Shown: positions 17,782 through 26,078 of the stretch, in pieces | Layout: each line of letters starts with the position of its first letter | Numbering within the stretch: position 1 is the stretch's first letter | DNA from: Pseudomonas sp. | GTDB lineage: Bacteria > Pseudomonadota > Gammaproteobacteria > Pseudomonadales > Pseudomonadaceae | DNA length: 46,555 nucleotides | Assembly (NCBI GenBank): GCA_007117785.1 | Contig: SKFV01000142.1 | Span: 1 to 46,555, forward strand | Direction: 5' to 3' | Translations under genes and position numbers: made by a program | The notes under the pieces: model-generated | Told to the model about the DNA's origin: nothing | Databases searched by the model: none | The model's input: only the letters and a program-made list of their open reading frames with translations

Positions 17782-20700
17782 ACATGACTGATTCTGGGAC
17801 CCCGTGGCGCAGTGGCGTCATTATTGTTGTCTGTTTGGCGTTTGGCTTTGTCGTCTTGAATAGCTCGGGGCTGCGTATTACTCCCTCGAACATGACGGGA
17901 CTCTTGTTGGTGATAGCGGTTTGGCTTGTGATCGCGATCTGCCTGGTTGCGCTTGAGCGGACTGGACGGCGCAATATAGACCTGCCTACCTTTCGGTTCG
18001 CAATGGCGGCTTTGGGCTTCCTGTTGTTGCATGCAACAGCCGATATTCTCAGTGCGTTCTTGCGCTACCCCCCATCCTGGCTCGACGGCGCGGTGGAAGA
18101 AGGCAGCAAGTTGATTGGCGTATTGTTGTTGCTGGCAGCTGGTAGAGCCTGGTACTGGCATATCAAATCAGTGCAAGTACAGTTCTTGGATCATCAGGCC
18201 CGGGCAGATGAAAGCGCCAGGTCACTGCAGTATTTGCTGGATGCCGCCGTCGATACGGCGGTCATTGGCACCGATACCCAAGGCATTATCCGTCAGTTCA
18301 ATACTGGTGCAGAGCGGATGCTCGGCTATTCTGCCGATGAGCTGGTGGGTCGAGAAACCCCGGCCTGTTTCCACCTGGCCGAGGAAGTTGCGGCTCGAGC
18401 AGCTGCCTTGAGTGAGCAGCTTGGCAAGGAGATCAGTGGGTTCGAGGCTTTTGTGGATGTGACCGGGCTGGAGGACTCACTTGTCCAGGAGTGGCACTAT
18501 CGCGCAAAGAGTGGCCGTGTGTTCCCGGTCAGGCTACGGGTATCCGTGATACGCGATGCCAATAAGCAGATCCTTGGCTATCTGGGGCTGGCCGAGGATA
18601 TTTCTGAACACAAGGCCGCCCGGGAAGCCCTGAAAACCAGTGAGGCCCGGTTGGCAGATGCCTGTGAGAAAGCCTGCTTGGGTTACTGGCACGCCAATCT
18701 GGATACCGGAGCCTTGTGGTGGTCACCGGTTATTTACGACATTTTTGGCGTTGATCCGGAACATACAGTGCCCAGCATCGAGCTGTTCAATCAATGCCTG
18801 CACCCGGAAGATGAGCCTTTGGTTCGACAAAGCGAGGTGGTGGCTCAGACAACCGGTATCCACGATGTCCAGCACCGAATCATTCGCCCGGACGGTAGCA
18901 TTCGCTGGGTTCATGAGCTGGCAAACTATGACCTCAAGCGGGAAGCGCAGTCAGGTGACCGTATTCTGACCGGTACGGTGCAGGATATTACCGCCGTCAA
19001 ACAAGCAGAGATTTCGGCTCAATACCAAGGTGCGCGCAGTCAGACATTGATCGAAGAGCTGTTTGCCGCGGTGGTTGCCATTGATAAGGACGGTTGCATT
19101 ACCGAGTTCAACCACGCTGCAGAAGTGATGTTTGGTTACCGCAAAACGCTCGTCATGGGAAGGAACGTCGCCATGTTGATGCCTCGCCCGTATCGGGATC
19201 AGCATGACGGCTATTTGCACGCTTACCTCTCAAGCGGCGAGAAGAAATTGATCAGTGAGCCACGTCAAGTAGAGGCGCTGCGCGCCAGCGGTGAGGTGTT
19301 TCCCATGCAAATCAATGTGGCTGAGATCAATATGCCGCACAGGCCCAGAGAGTTTGTGGCAACCTTGCATGACCTGACTGAGTCCCAGCGCCTGGACCGC
19401 ATCAAGAGTGAGTTCATTGCAACAGTGAGCCATGAACTGCGCACGCCTTTGACGTCCATTTCCGGGTCTCTTGGGATGGTCGCTAGCGGTGCCATGGGTC
19501 AAGTGCCCGACAAGGCCGCGAGAATGATCGAGCTGGCTTATCGAAACAGTCAGCGCCTGGCGACCCTGGTGAATGATCTTCTGGATATGGAACGTATCAG
19601 CAGTGGCCGAATGGACCTGGCCCTATCGATCTGCGATATCAATGCGCTGGCTGATCAGGTGGTTGAAGCCAACCGGGGGTTTGCAGTTAAACATGCGGTT
19701 GAAATGACATTCAAACCCGCGCCAGGCAGTGTCGACGCCAAAGTCGATCCGGCGCGATTTGAGCAGGTGCTGAGTAATTTATTGTCGAACGCCATCAAGT
19801 TCTCGCCGCCGCAGGGAGAGGTCGTGGTAGCGGTTGCCAGCAGTGAGTCCGTGCTGACCGTTAGCGTATCCGATCAGGGTCCTGGCGTACCGGAGGATTT
19901 TCGCGAGAAGATGTTCAGCCGTTTTTCTCAGGCGGATAGTTCTGATCAGCGCTCCCAGGGTGGAACCGGGCTGGGTCTGTCCATTTCCAAAGAGTTGAGC
20001 GAACTCATGAAAATTGAGTTGGACTACACCTCCGTGGAGGGTGAGGGTACATGCTTTTACCTGCGCATGCCCCGGCATGCCAAAAACGCTGAGGATTGCA
20101 GCGCTCCAGCATCTGGAAACCGGCTGATGATTATTGAGGATGACCAGGATCTCAATGAGGTTATGTCGGTAGCGCTGGTAGCAAAAGGATTTGCCTGCGA
20201 TCAGGCCCACTCCGGTGAGCAGGCGCTCGTGTATCTCGATCAGCGTCAATATGACGGGTTTGTTGTGGATATCGTTTTGCCGGATATGGACGGCCATGCG
20301 CTGATTCATGAGATCAGGCGCATGAGAGCGTACAAGGCAGTGCCGATCGTGGTCGTCTCTGGCAAGGTTGATGACAAGTATCTGGCTGCTGTGGGTGTTG
20401 CTGAGCATGTCGAATGGATGGCCAAGCCTCTTGAGCTGGATGTGCTGGCAACCTTGATGCAAGGCCGCCTGCAAGCCGGTTCGCAGGCAACGCCAAGCGT
20501 GCTGCATGTAGAGGATGACGCGGACTACCGGGACGTAGTTGAAGCGAGTCTTGGTTCGACAATGCGCATCGTGCCGGTGGCATCGTTGGCCAAAGCCAGA
20601 GACCAATTGCGTCAAGGTACCTTTGACCTGGTACTGCTTGATCTAGGTCTGCCGGATGACAAGGGTTGGGAATTGCTGGCCGATATTCAGCGCCAACAAC

Positions 20701-20861
20701 CGGGTATTCCGGTCATCGTGCTGACCGGTGACGAGGTCAATGCATCAGGCCATGATGTCTTCGAGGTCTTGAGCAAGACCCGGATTAGTCCATCTGAGTT
20801 GGCAGATCGTTTGCTGCAGTATCTGCCGCCGCGAACAGCCCCAGAGCAGGCGCCAGGTTGA
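17775..20861 (+). CDS. Membrane-bound hybrid histidine kinase, TM-PAS-PAS-PAS(FixL-like)-HisKA-HATPase-REC-REC
   Basis: About four N-terminal hydrophobic helices; three PAS domains; SHELRTPL, NLLSNAIKFS, DQGPG and GTGLGL; REC1 IIEDD..VVDIVLPD; REC2 HVEDD..LLDLGLPD. Start could be 17775, 17778 or 17784. Confidence 0.92.
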   Translation: MLNMTDSGTPWRSGVIIVVCLAFGFVVLNSSGLRITPSNMTGLLLVIAVWLVIAICLVALERTGRRNIDLPTFRFAMAALGFLLLHATADILSAFLRYPPSWLDGAVEEGSKLIGVLLLLAAGRAWYWHIKSVQVQFLDHQARADESARSLQYLLDAAVDTAVIGTDTQGIIRQFNTGAERMLGYSADELVGRETPACFHLAEEVAARAAALSEQLGKEISGFEAFVDVTGLEDSLVQEWHYRAKSGRVFPVRLRVSVIRDANKQILGYLGLAEDISEHKAAREALKTSEARLADACEKACLGYWHANLDTGALWWSPVIYDIFGVDPEHTVPSIELFNQCLHPEDEPLVRQSEVVAQTTGIHDVQHRIIRPDGSIRWVHELANYDLKREAQSGDRILTGTVQDITAVKQAEISAQYQGARSQTLIEELFAAVVAIDKDGCITEFNHAAEVMFGYRKTLVMGRNVAMLMPRPYRDQHDGYLHAYLSSGEKKLISEPRQVEALRASGEVFPMQINVAEINMPHRPREFVATLHDLTESQRLDRIKSEFIATVSHELRTPLTSISGSLGMVASGAMGQVPDKAARMIELAYRNSQRLATLVNDLLDMERISSGRMDLALSICDINALADQVVEANRGFAVKHAVEMTFKPAPGSVDAKVDPARFEQVLSNLLSNAIKFSPPQGEVVVAVASSESVLTVSVSDQGPGVPEDFREKMFSRFSQADSSDQRSQGGTGLGLSISKELSELMKIELDYTSVEGEGTCFYLRMPRHAKNAEDCSAPASGNRLMIIEDDQDLNEVMSVALVAKGFACDQAHSGEQALVYLDQRQYDGFVVDIVLPDMDGHALIHEIRRMRAYKAVPIVVVSGKVDDKYLAAVGVAEHVEWMAKPLELDVLATLMQGRLQAGSQATPSVLHVEDDADYRDVVEASLGSTMRIVPVASLAKARDQLRQGTFDLVLLDLGLPDDKGWELLADIQRQQPGIPVIVLTGDEVNASGHDVFEVLSKTRISPSELADRLLQYLPPRTAPEQAPG

Positions 20862-20869
20862 GGGGGTGA

Positions 20870-23314
20870 TCACAGCCAATGGCCCGCCTCGACCTCTTCG
20901 GCAAACAAGGGTCTGGCAGTGAAAAAGCCCTGATATTGGTCACAGTGGAGCTGCTGCAAAAGGCTCAGCTCAGCAGCATTTTCTACCCCTTCGGCAATAA
21001 TGGTCATGTCCATGCTATGACCTAGTTGAACCATAGCCTTGATCAGACGGGTATCGCCGGTTTGCGACCAGTGCTGGATAAAACTGCGGTCGATCTTGAG
21101 TTTGGCCGCTTGAACCCGGTGCAGGTAGCTCATTGAGCTGTAGCCAGTACCAAAATCATCCAGAGCAAGACGAACCCCTAGCTGTCGGAGTTCCTCTATG
21201 ACCATGCTGGCTTGCTGCCAGTCAGATAGAAGCAGTGTTTCGGTGATTTCCAGGACTACGAACTCAGGCGCCAGTCTGTGCTCTGCAAGCAAGGTTTCAA
21301 GCTGCGCCTGAAAAGCCGGATGTTGAATATCTTTGGCTGACAGGTTGATGGATACAAACAGGTCGGGTTTGTGCTGCTGCCAGCGGGCCAATTGCGGCAG
21401 TGCTTTACTTAGCATCAGCGCTGTCAACTCGCCTATCAGATCCTGCTCTTCCATAAGTTGAATGAATGCGCCTGGTCCCAATACACCCTGGTCTGGGTGC
21501 TGCCAGCGGGCAAGAGCCTCAAACCCAACAATGCTGGCGTCGTCCACCCTGACTATGGGTTGATAGGCTGGGATAAACTCGCCATCAACGAGAGCCTGCC
21601 TGATACGCTGGGCCCGATCGAACCGCTGCTTGGCTTGATCAAGCATGCTGGCATCGAAAAAACACAGGCTGGCGCCCGTGGATTTTTTGGCCTGAAACAG
21701 AGCCATCTCAGCCTGATCAAGCAATTCGTCGGCGCTTCGAGTGCTGGGTGAAGCGATGGCAATACCCATATCCACGGAAAGAGCAATGACGCTTCTGATG
21801 GACTCTATCCTGGTGTTTTCGACCGCTTGTGTCAGCCGCTCGGCGAAGGTTTTCACGGATTCCTTGCTGTCGTGCCCATGGCTGAGAATCAAAAACTCGT
21901 CACCTTGTTGCCGGCCAAGGACATCTTCGTTGTCAAGGCAATGGGACAGCTCCCAGGCCACCTGTTGCAGCACTTGATCGCCAAAGAAATTGCCATTCAG
22001 GTTGTTGATGGTATGAAAGTCCCTGATGTCGATCTTGATGACTGCAAAGAGCCGATTCGGGCTGAATTGTCGCAGCGTCTGCTCAACGGCAATGCGCAGT
22101 TTTCCCAGAGTAGGTAGGCCGGTCAAGGGGTCTTGATGGCTCAGCGCGTCGTTTGTGGTCAAAAAGCGGCCCTGAGCTCGCAGCAGTCGGCCTCTCGAGA
22201 CTCGCGACTTGACCACCATTCGCAGGCGCCAGGGCTCGATAGGCTTGGAGATGAACTCATCGTTGGTCAGCCGCGCACAGGCTAACTGCACATCGGTGTC
22301 TGCTGCTGCTGACATGAATAATAGGGGGATGGTGGCATATTCCTCATGCTGGCGAATGATCATGCCAAGCTCCAGGCCATTGCAGCCGGGCATGAAGACA
22401 TCGATGATAAGCAGCTCTGGCTGCTTGCTTTCAAGCATGGATAACGCCTGTTGCGCACTGGTAGCAGTCGAGACGCTGTAGCCGGCCAGGGAAAGGACAG
22501 AACCGTACAGATTCAGTAAGTCAGTGTCATCGTCTACCAGCATGACACGGTAAGGCTCGCTGGGTGCCAGGTTCAGATCAGCGTGTAACAGCGATATCAG
22601 CTTGGGCACATCCAGCGGTTTGCTCAAAAAATGGTTACCGCCAGCACGAGCGGCCGCCAGTCGCAGCGCAAATGAGTCAAACGCGGAAATAAAAATGACG
22701 GGTGGCGGCGAACCATCTTTTTGCCGCCAGGCGTTGACATGCTCGGCACCGGCAAAGCGTTGACCGAAAAAATCCATGTCGACAATAAGTGCCAGCGGTT
22801 GATGGTGCGCAATGGCTTGCTCAAGCCCGGAAATATTGTCAAGGCAATGCACGGTATAGCCAAGTTCAGTGAGTATCTGGCTTATTTGCGACGAAAAGTC
22901 CGGGTCATCATCGGCTAGCAGAATATTGATCTTGCCCGGAGCGTTATCAGAGGCGGCGTTTTCACTGACCCCATTGGGCTGGTGGCCAGACTCATCCAAG
23001 GTCAGGCACCGCTCGATGCAGCTCATAAGATCATGCAAGGGCTCGGCAATAATTGCATCGTAATCAGAGGGTGGGTGTTTTAATGCTTGCTCGCAAGCGA
23101 TATCTAGTGCGCGCGCCCTCTGTGACAACTCGACAAAGCCATAAGCCGCACCTGAGCCACTCAGGCGGTGTGCTATGTTATTGATCACATGCAGCGACTC
23201 TGAAGACGGGTGTACATGCTGCGCCGCGCCCTGTAGCTCGGTCAGGTATCTGAGCAGTTTTTTTTTGTATTTGGCAGCCAAGCTGGCCAGTTTTGGATTA
23301 TCTAGCATTGCCAT
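20870..23314 (-). CDS. Hpt-REC-REC-GGDEF(degenerate)-EAL protein, probable c-di-GMP phosphodiesterase
   Basis: Hpt-like IAHRLSGSGAAYGF; REC domains LLADDD..IVDMDF and MLVDDD..IIDVFMP; DPLTGLP..QGDEF; intact EAL motifs FEALARW, VLEITE, LDDFGTGYSS, KIDRSF, AEGVE and QGF. Confidence 0.9.
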   Translation of the reverse strand: MAMLDNPKLASLAAKYKKKLLRYLTELQGAAQHVHPSSESLHVINNIAHRLSGSGAAYGFVELSQRARALDIACEQALKHPPSDYDAIIAEPLHDLMSCIERCLTLDESGHQPNGVSENAASDNAPGKINILLADDDPDFSSQISQILTELGYTVHCLDNISGLEQAIAHHQPLALIVDMDFFGQRFAGAEHVNAWRQKDGSPPPVIFISAFDSFALRLAAARAGGNHFLSKPLDVPKLISLLHADLNLAPSEPYRVMLVDDDTDLLNLYGSVLSLAGYSVSTATSAQQALSMLESKQPELLIIDVFMPGCNGLELGMIIRQHEEYATIPLLFMSAAADTDVQLACARLTNDEFISKPIEPWRLRMVVKSRVSRGRLLRAQGRFLTTNDALSHQDPLTGLPTLGKLRIAVEQTLRQFSPNRLFAVIKIDIRDFHTINNLNGNFFGDQVLQQVAWELSHCLDNEDVLGRQQGDEFLILSHGHDSKESVKTFAERLTQAVENTRIESIRSVIALSVDMGIAIASPSTRSADELLDQAEMALFQAKKSTGASLCFFDASMLDQAKQRFDRAQRIRQALVDGEFIPAYQPIVRVDDASIVGFEALARWQHPDQGVLGPGAFIQLMEEQDLIGELTALMLSKALPQLARWQQHKPDLFVSINLSAKDIQHPAFQAQLETLLAEHRLAPEFVVLEITETLLLSDWQQASMVIEELRQLGVRLALDDFGTGYSSMSYLHRVQAAKLKIDRSFIQHWSQTGDTRLIKAMVQLGHSMDMTIIAEGVENAAELSLLQQLHCDQYQGFFTARPLFAEEVEAGHWL

Positions 23315-23470
23315 GATCGTGACTCAGTTCCTTCCTGAACGGCTGACTACAATTTCCTGTTTTGACTATAGCAGAGCTTTTTTGCCGGGAGTGCCTGCTC
23401 ATAAGTATTGAGGTTTCAGGTTTTCTTTGTCGTCTGCTCTTGGCAAAGTTAAATTCAGTGCTTATTCTGA

Positions 23471-23500
23471 CAGCGCAGTGAATGATCATTCACTGCGCTG
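23471..23500. promoter_or_regulatory. Perfect 30-bp palindrome, candidate TetR operator
   Basis: CAGCGCAGTGAATGA|TCATTCACTGCGCTG has no loop and lies in the divergent region between the EAL gene and tetR. Confidence 0.7.
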
Positions 23501-23605
23501 GCTTGGCACGCTAATCGGCGTGGTCAGTCAAGCTTGGCAGGTTGGCTGCCATGTTTAACCCAAACGCGTGCTGTACACGATTGAAAAAGTACATAGAATG
23601 AGTCG

Positions 23606-24211
23606 ATGAATACACCCACCCATCTATCTCGACCCCCTCGACCTCGCATCAAGGACAAGCGTGCGGCAATCTTGCGTGCGGCCCTTGAGGTCTTTGCCGA
23701 GGGTGGGGTCAACGGTGTTCCCATACCTGTTCTGGCCGATCGTGCCGGCGTGGGTACCGGCACTATCTACCGCTACTTCGCCAGTAAGGATGCCCTGGTC
23801 AACGAGTTGTTCCGTGAACAGCGCATAGCCCTCGCGAAACGCTTGTTTGTTGACCTGAGCCCCAATGCCGGCCCCTACGAGTTGTTTGTCGAAGTGTGGC
23901 AGCGCATGTTCGACTTTGCTCGCCAGGATCCGGATGCCTACCGCTTTCTCGAGCTGCAGGATCATCGTCCATATCTGGACGATGCCAGCCGGTCCCTGGA
24001 CAGCAAACTGCTGCGCAACATTGTCATGACTTACCATGGCTTCCAGGTTCAGGGCGTCTTCCGTAAGGACATTCGCCCGGAAATACTGCTGTCGTTGGTC
24101 TGGGGGTCTTTTGTCAATCTGATCAGGTCCGAGCGTGACGGCTATCTTGCGCTCAGCCAGGCGGATATCGACTCGGCCGGGGAAGCGTGTTGGAGCTTGT
24201 GTACTGGCTGA
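23606..24211 (+). CDS. TetR/AcrR family transcriptional regulator
   Basis: KRAAILRAALEVFAEGG..LADRAGVGTGTIYRYFASKDAL N-terminal HTH; 201 aa. Confidence 0.93.
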   Translation: MNTPTHLSRPPRPRIKDKRAAILRAALEVFAEGGVNGVPIPVLADRAGVGTGTIYRYFASKDALVNELFREQRIALAKRLFVDLSPNAGPYELFVEVWQRMFDFARQDPDAYRFLELQDHRPYLDDASRSLDSKLLRNIVMTYHGFQVQGVFRKDIRPEILLSLVWGSFVNLIRSERDGYLALSQADIDSAGEACWSLCTG

Positions 24212-24253
24212 CCGGTCGTGTTATGGCATTGCTCATAACTAGAGGATGACCTG

Positions 24254-24757
24254 ATGCACAAGACCCTGAAAACCCTGGCCGCCGCCACTGCACTGGCAGC
24301 CAGTGCGGCCTCGTTGGCCAACGACCGCAGCGCCGAGCAGCAGTTTCTCGACATGATGGCCGCGGGTGACGCCTACCCGGTAGAAACCCTGATGCCTCTG
24401 TTCAAGCAACTGGAGCCGGTTGACCTGGATTTCATGGTCGGTACCTGGAAAGGTGGCAAGTTTGACGGCGGTGCCGAGCCGGACCCGATCAACTGGTACG
24501 GCAAACGCTTTACTTCCCCCAGTGATGTAGAGCCTCTGCTGGTGCGCAACGAAGAAGGCGACGTGGTTACCTTCGACAAGTTGGGCGCGGCGCAAATGCG
24601 CATGATGGCTTTTGACGGCATGACCTCGGCCGCACTCATCTATGATACGCAGCCGATCATGGATTATTTCCGCCGGGTCAATGATGACGTGGTCATCGGA
24701 CTGGGCGATATCAAGGGCAAGCCACTGGACTTCTTCTTCCATCTGACTCGGGAATAG
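24254..24757 (+). CDS. Secreted GXWXG/DUF4334-domain protein
   Basis: GTWKG motif, WYGKRF, ALIYDTQPIMDYFRRV and a C-terminal FFFHLTR; Ala-rich Sec signal ending SLA; RBS GAGGA. Confidence 0.8.
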   Translation: MHKTLKTLAAATALAASAASLANDRSAEQQFLDMMAAGDAYPVETLMPLFKQLEPVDLDFMVGTWKGGKFDGGAEPDPINWYGKRFTSPSDVEPLLVRNEEGDVVTFDKLGAAQMRMMAFDGMTSAALIYDTQPIMDYFRRVNDDVVIGLGDIKGKPLDFFFHLTRE

Positions 24758-24859
24758 TGCATCTGATCGCTGCAGCCCGCGGCATTTCGGGTTAGCATGG
24801 GCGATTGCTGGCCGGGCCAAAGCCCGGTCAGGTACTGACAATAGCCGGAGATGTGCCCC

Positions 24860-25984
24860 GTGTCCCAACTACATCCTGCCATTGACCCCGATGGCCTGCT
24901 TGAATATTCCGTGGTCTTTACCGACCGTTCCCTGAACCATATGTCGCAAACCTTTCAACAGGTCATGCGTGATATTTCCAGCACCCTGAAAGGCGTCTAC
25001 AACGCCGAGGCTGTGGTCGTGGTACCCGGTGGCGGTACCTTTGGCATGGAGTCCGTGGCGCGCCAGTTCGCCCAGGACCAGACTTGCCTGGTGATTCGCA
25101 ACGGCTGGTTCAGCTACCGCTGGACGCAGATCTTTGAAATGGGTCGTCTGCCCGCAGAAGAAATCGTGCTCAAGGCACGGCAAACCGGAACGGATGCGCA
25201 AAGCCCCTTCGCCCCGGCACCGATCGAAGACGTGGTTGCAGAAATCCACGCGCAAAAGCCGCAGGTGGTGTTTGCGCCGCACGTGGAAACCTCCGCCGGG
25301 ATCATTCTGCCGGATGACTACCTGCGCAAGGTAGCTGAAGCCACTCACGCTGTTGGCGGCCTCTTTGTCCTCGACTGCATTGCCTCCGGCACCATCTGGG
25401 TCGATATGCAGGATACCGGCGTTGACGTATTGATCAGTGCCCCGCAAAAGGGTTGGAGCGCCTCACCCTGCAGCGCCCTGGTCATGCTCAGTGAGCGCGC
25501 CCTGGCGCGGCTGGAACAGACCACCAGCAGTAGCTTTGCCGCCGACCTGAAAAAGTGGCACCAGATCATGCAAGCCTATGAAAACGGCGGCCATGCCTAC
25601 CACGCCACCATGCCCACGGACGCCCTCAAGCAATTCCGCGACACCATGCTGGAAACCTATGACTACGGCTTTGATCGCGTGCGTGACGAGCAATGGGAAC
25701 TGGGCCGCGCTGTGCGTGCACTACTCAAGGAAAAAGGCTTTGTCAGCGTCGCCGCCGAAGGCTTTGAAGCGCCCGGCGTGGTCGTCTCCTACACCCGTGA
25801 CGACATGATCCACAGCGGCAAGGCCTTCTTGGCCAAGGGCCTGCAAACCGCCGCCGGTGTCCCGCTGATGTGCGACGAACCCGCCAGCTTCAAAACCTTC
25901 CGCATCGGCCTGTTCGGCCTCGACAAGCTGCATAACGTCGAGCGCAGCGTGGCCAACCTGCAGCAAGCACTGGAAAGCCTCTAA
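24860..25984 (+). CDS. Class V PLP-dependent aminotransferase (serine/alanine-glyoxylate type)
   Basis: EYSVVFTDRSLNHMS, PGGGTFGME, HVETSAG, LDCIASG and SAPQKGW (PLP lysine). GTG 24860 is better spaced from GGAG (24847) than ATG 24851. Confidence 0.88.
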   Translation: MSQLHPAIDPDGLLEYSVVFTDRSLNHMSQTFQQVMRDISSTLKGVYNAEAVVVVPGGGTFGMESVARQFAQDQTCLVIRNGWFSYRWTQIFEMGRLPAEEIVLKARQTGTDAQSPFAPAPIEDVVAEIHAQKPQVVFAPHVETSAGIILPDDYLRKVAEATHAVGGLFVLDCIASGTIWVDMQDTGVDVLISAPQKGWSASPCSALVMLSERALARLEQTTSSSFAADLKKWHQIMQAYENGGHAYHATMPTDALKQFRDTMLETYDYGFDRVRDEQWELGRAVRALLKEKGFVSVAAEGFEAPGVVVSYTRDDMIHSGKAFLAKGLQTAAGVPLMCDEPASFKTFRIGLFGLDKLHNVERSVANLQQALESL

Positions 25985-25997
25985 GCCAGCAACAAAT

Positions 25998-26022
25998 AAG
26001 GCACCCGCCAAGGGTGCCTTTT
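25998..26022 (+). terminator. Intrinsic terminator between convergent genes
   Basis: AAGGCACCC-gccaa-GGGTGCCTT-TT, with A-rich sequence upstream; could act in both directions. Confidence 0.8.
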
Positions 26023-26078
26023 GATTGAAATGTCTGGCTGCTTAGGATGCGAGGTGCTGCGTGATCGTCAGAAAACGC

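Noticed and set aside
11521-23529. GTCAGTC near both ends of the signalling block as a target-site duplication
   Set aside because: Only 7 bp, expected by chance, and there is no associated recombinase.
23504-23550. TGGCACG and TGGCAG sigma-54-like sites before tetR
   Set aside because: The first lacks the -12 GC; the second has GG-N10-GC spacing but otherwise weak consensus.
11492-26022. Similar ACCC-gc(t/c)aa-GGGT cores in two hairpins as a REP family
   Set aside because: The outer stems differ and both sit just after stop codons, so ordinary terminators explain them.
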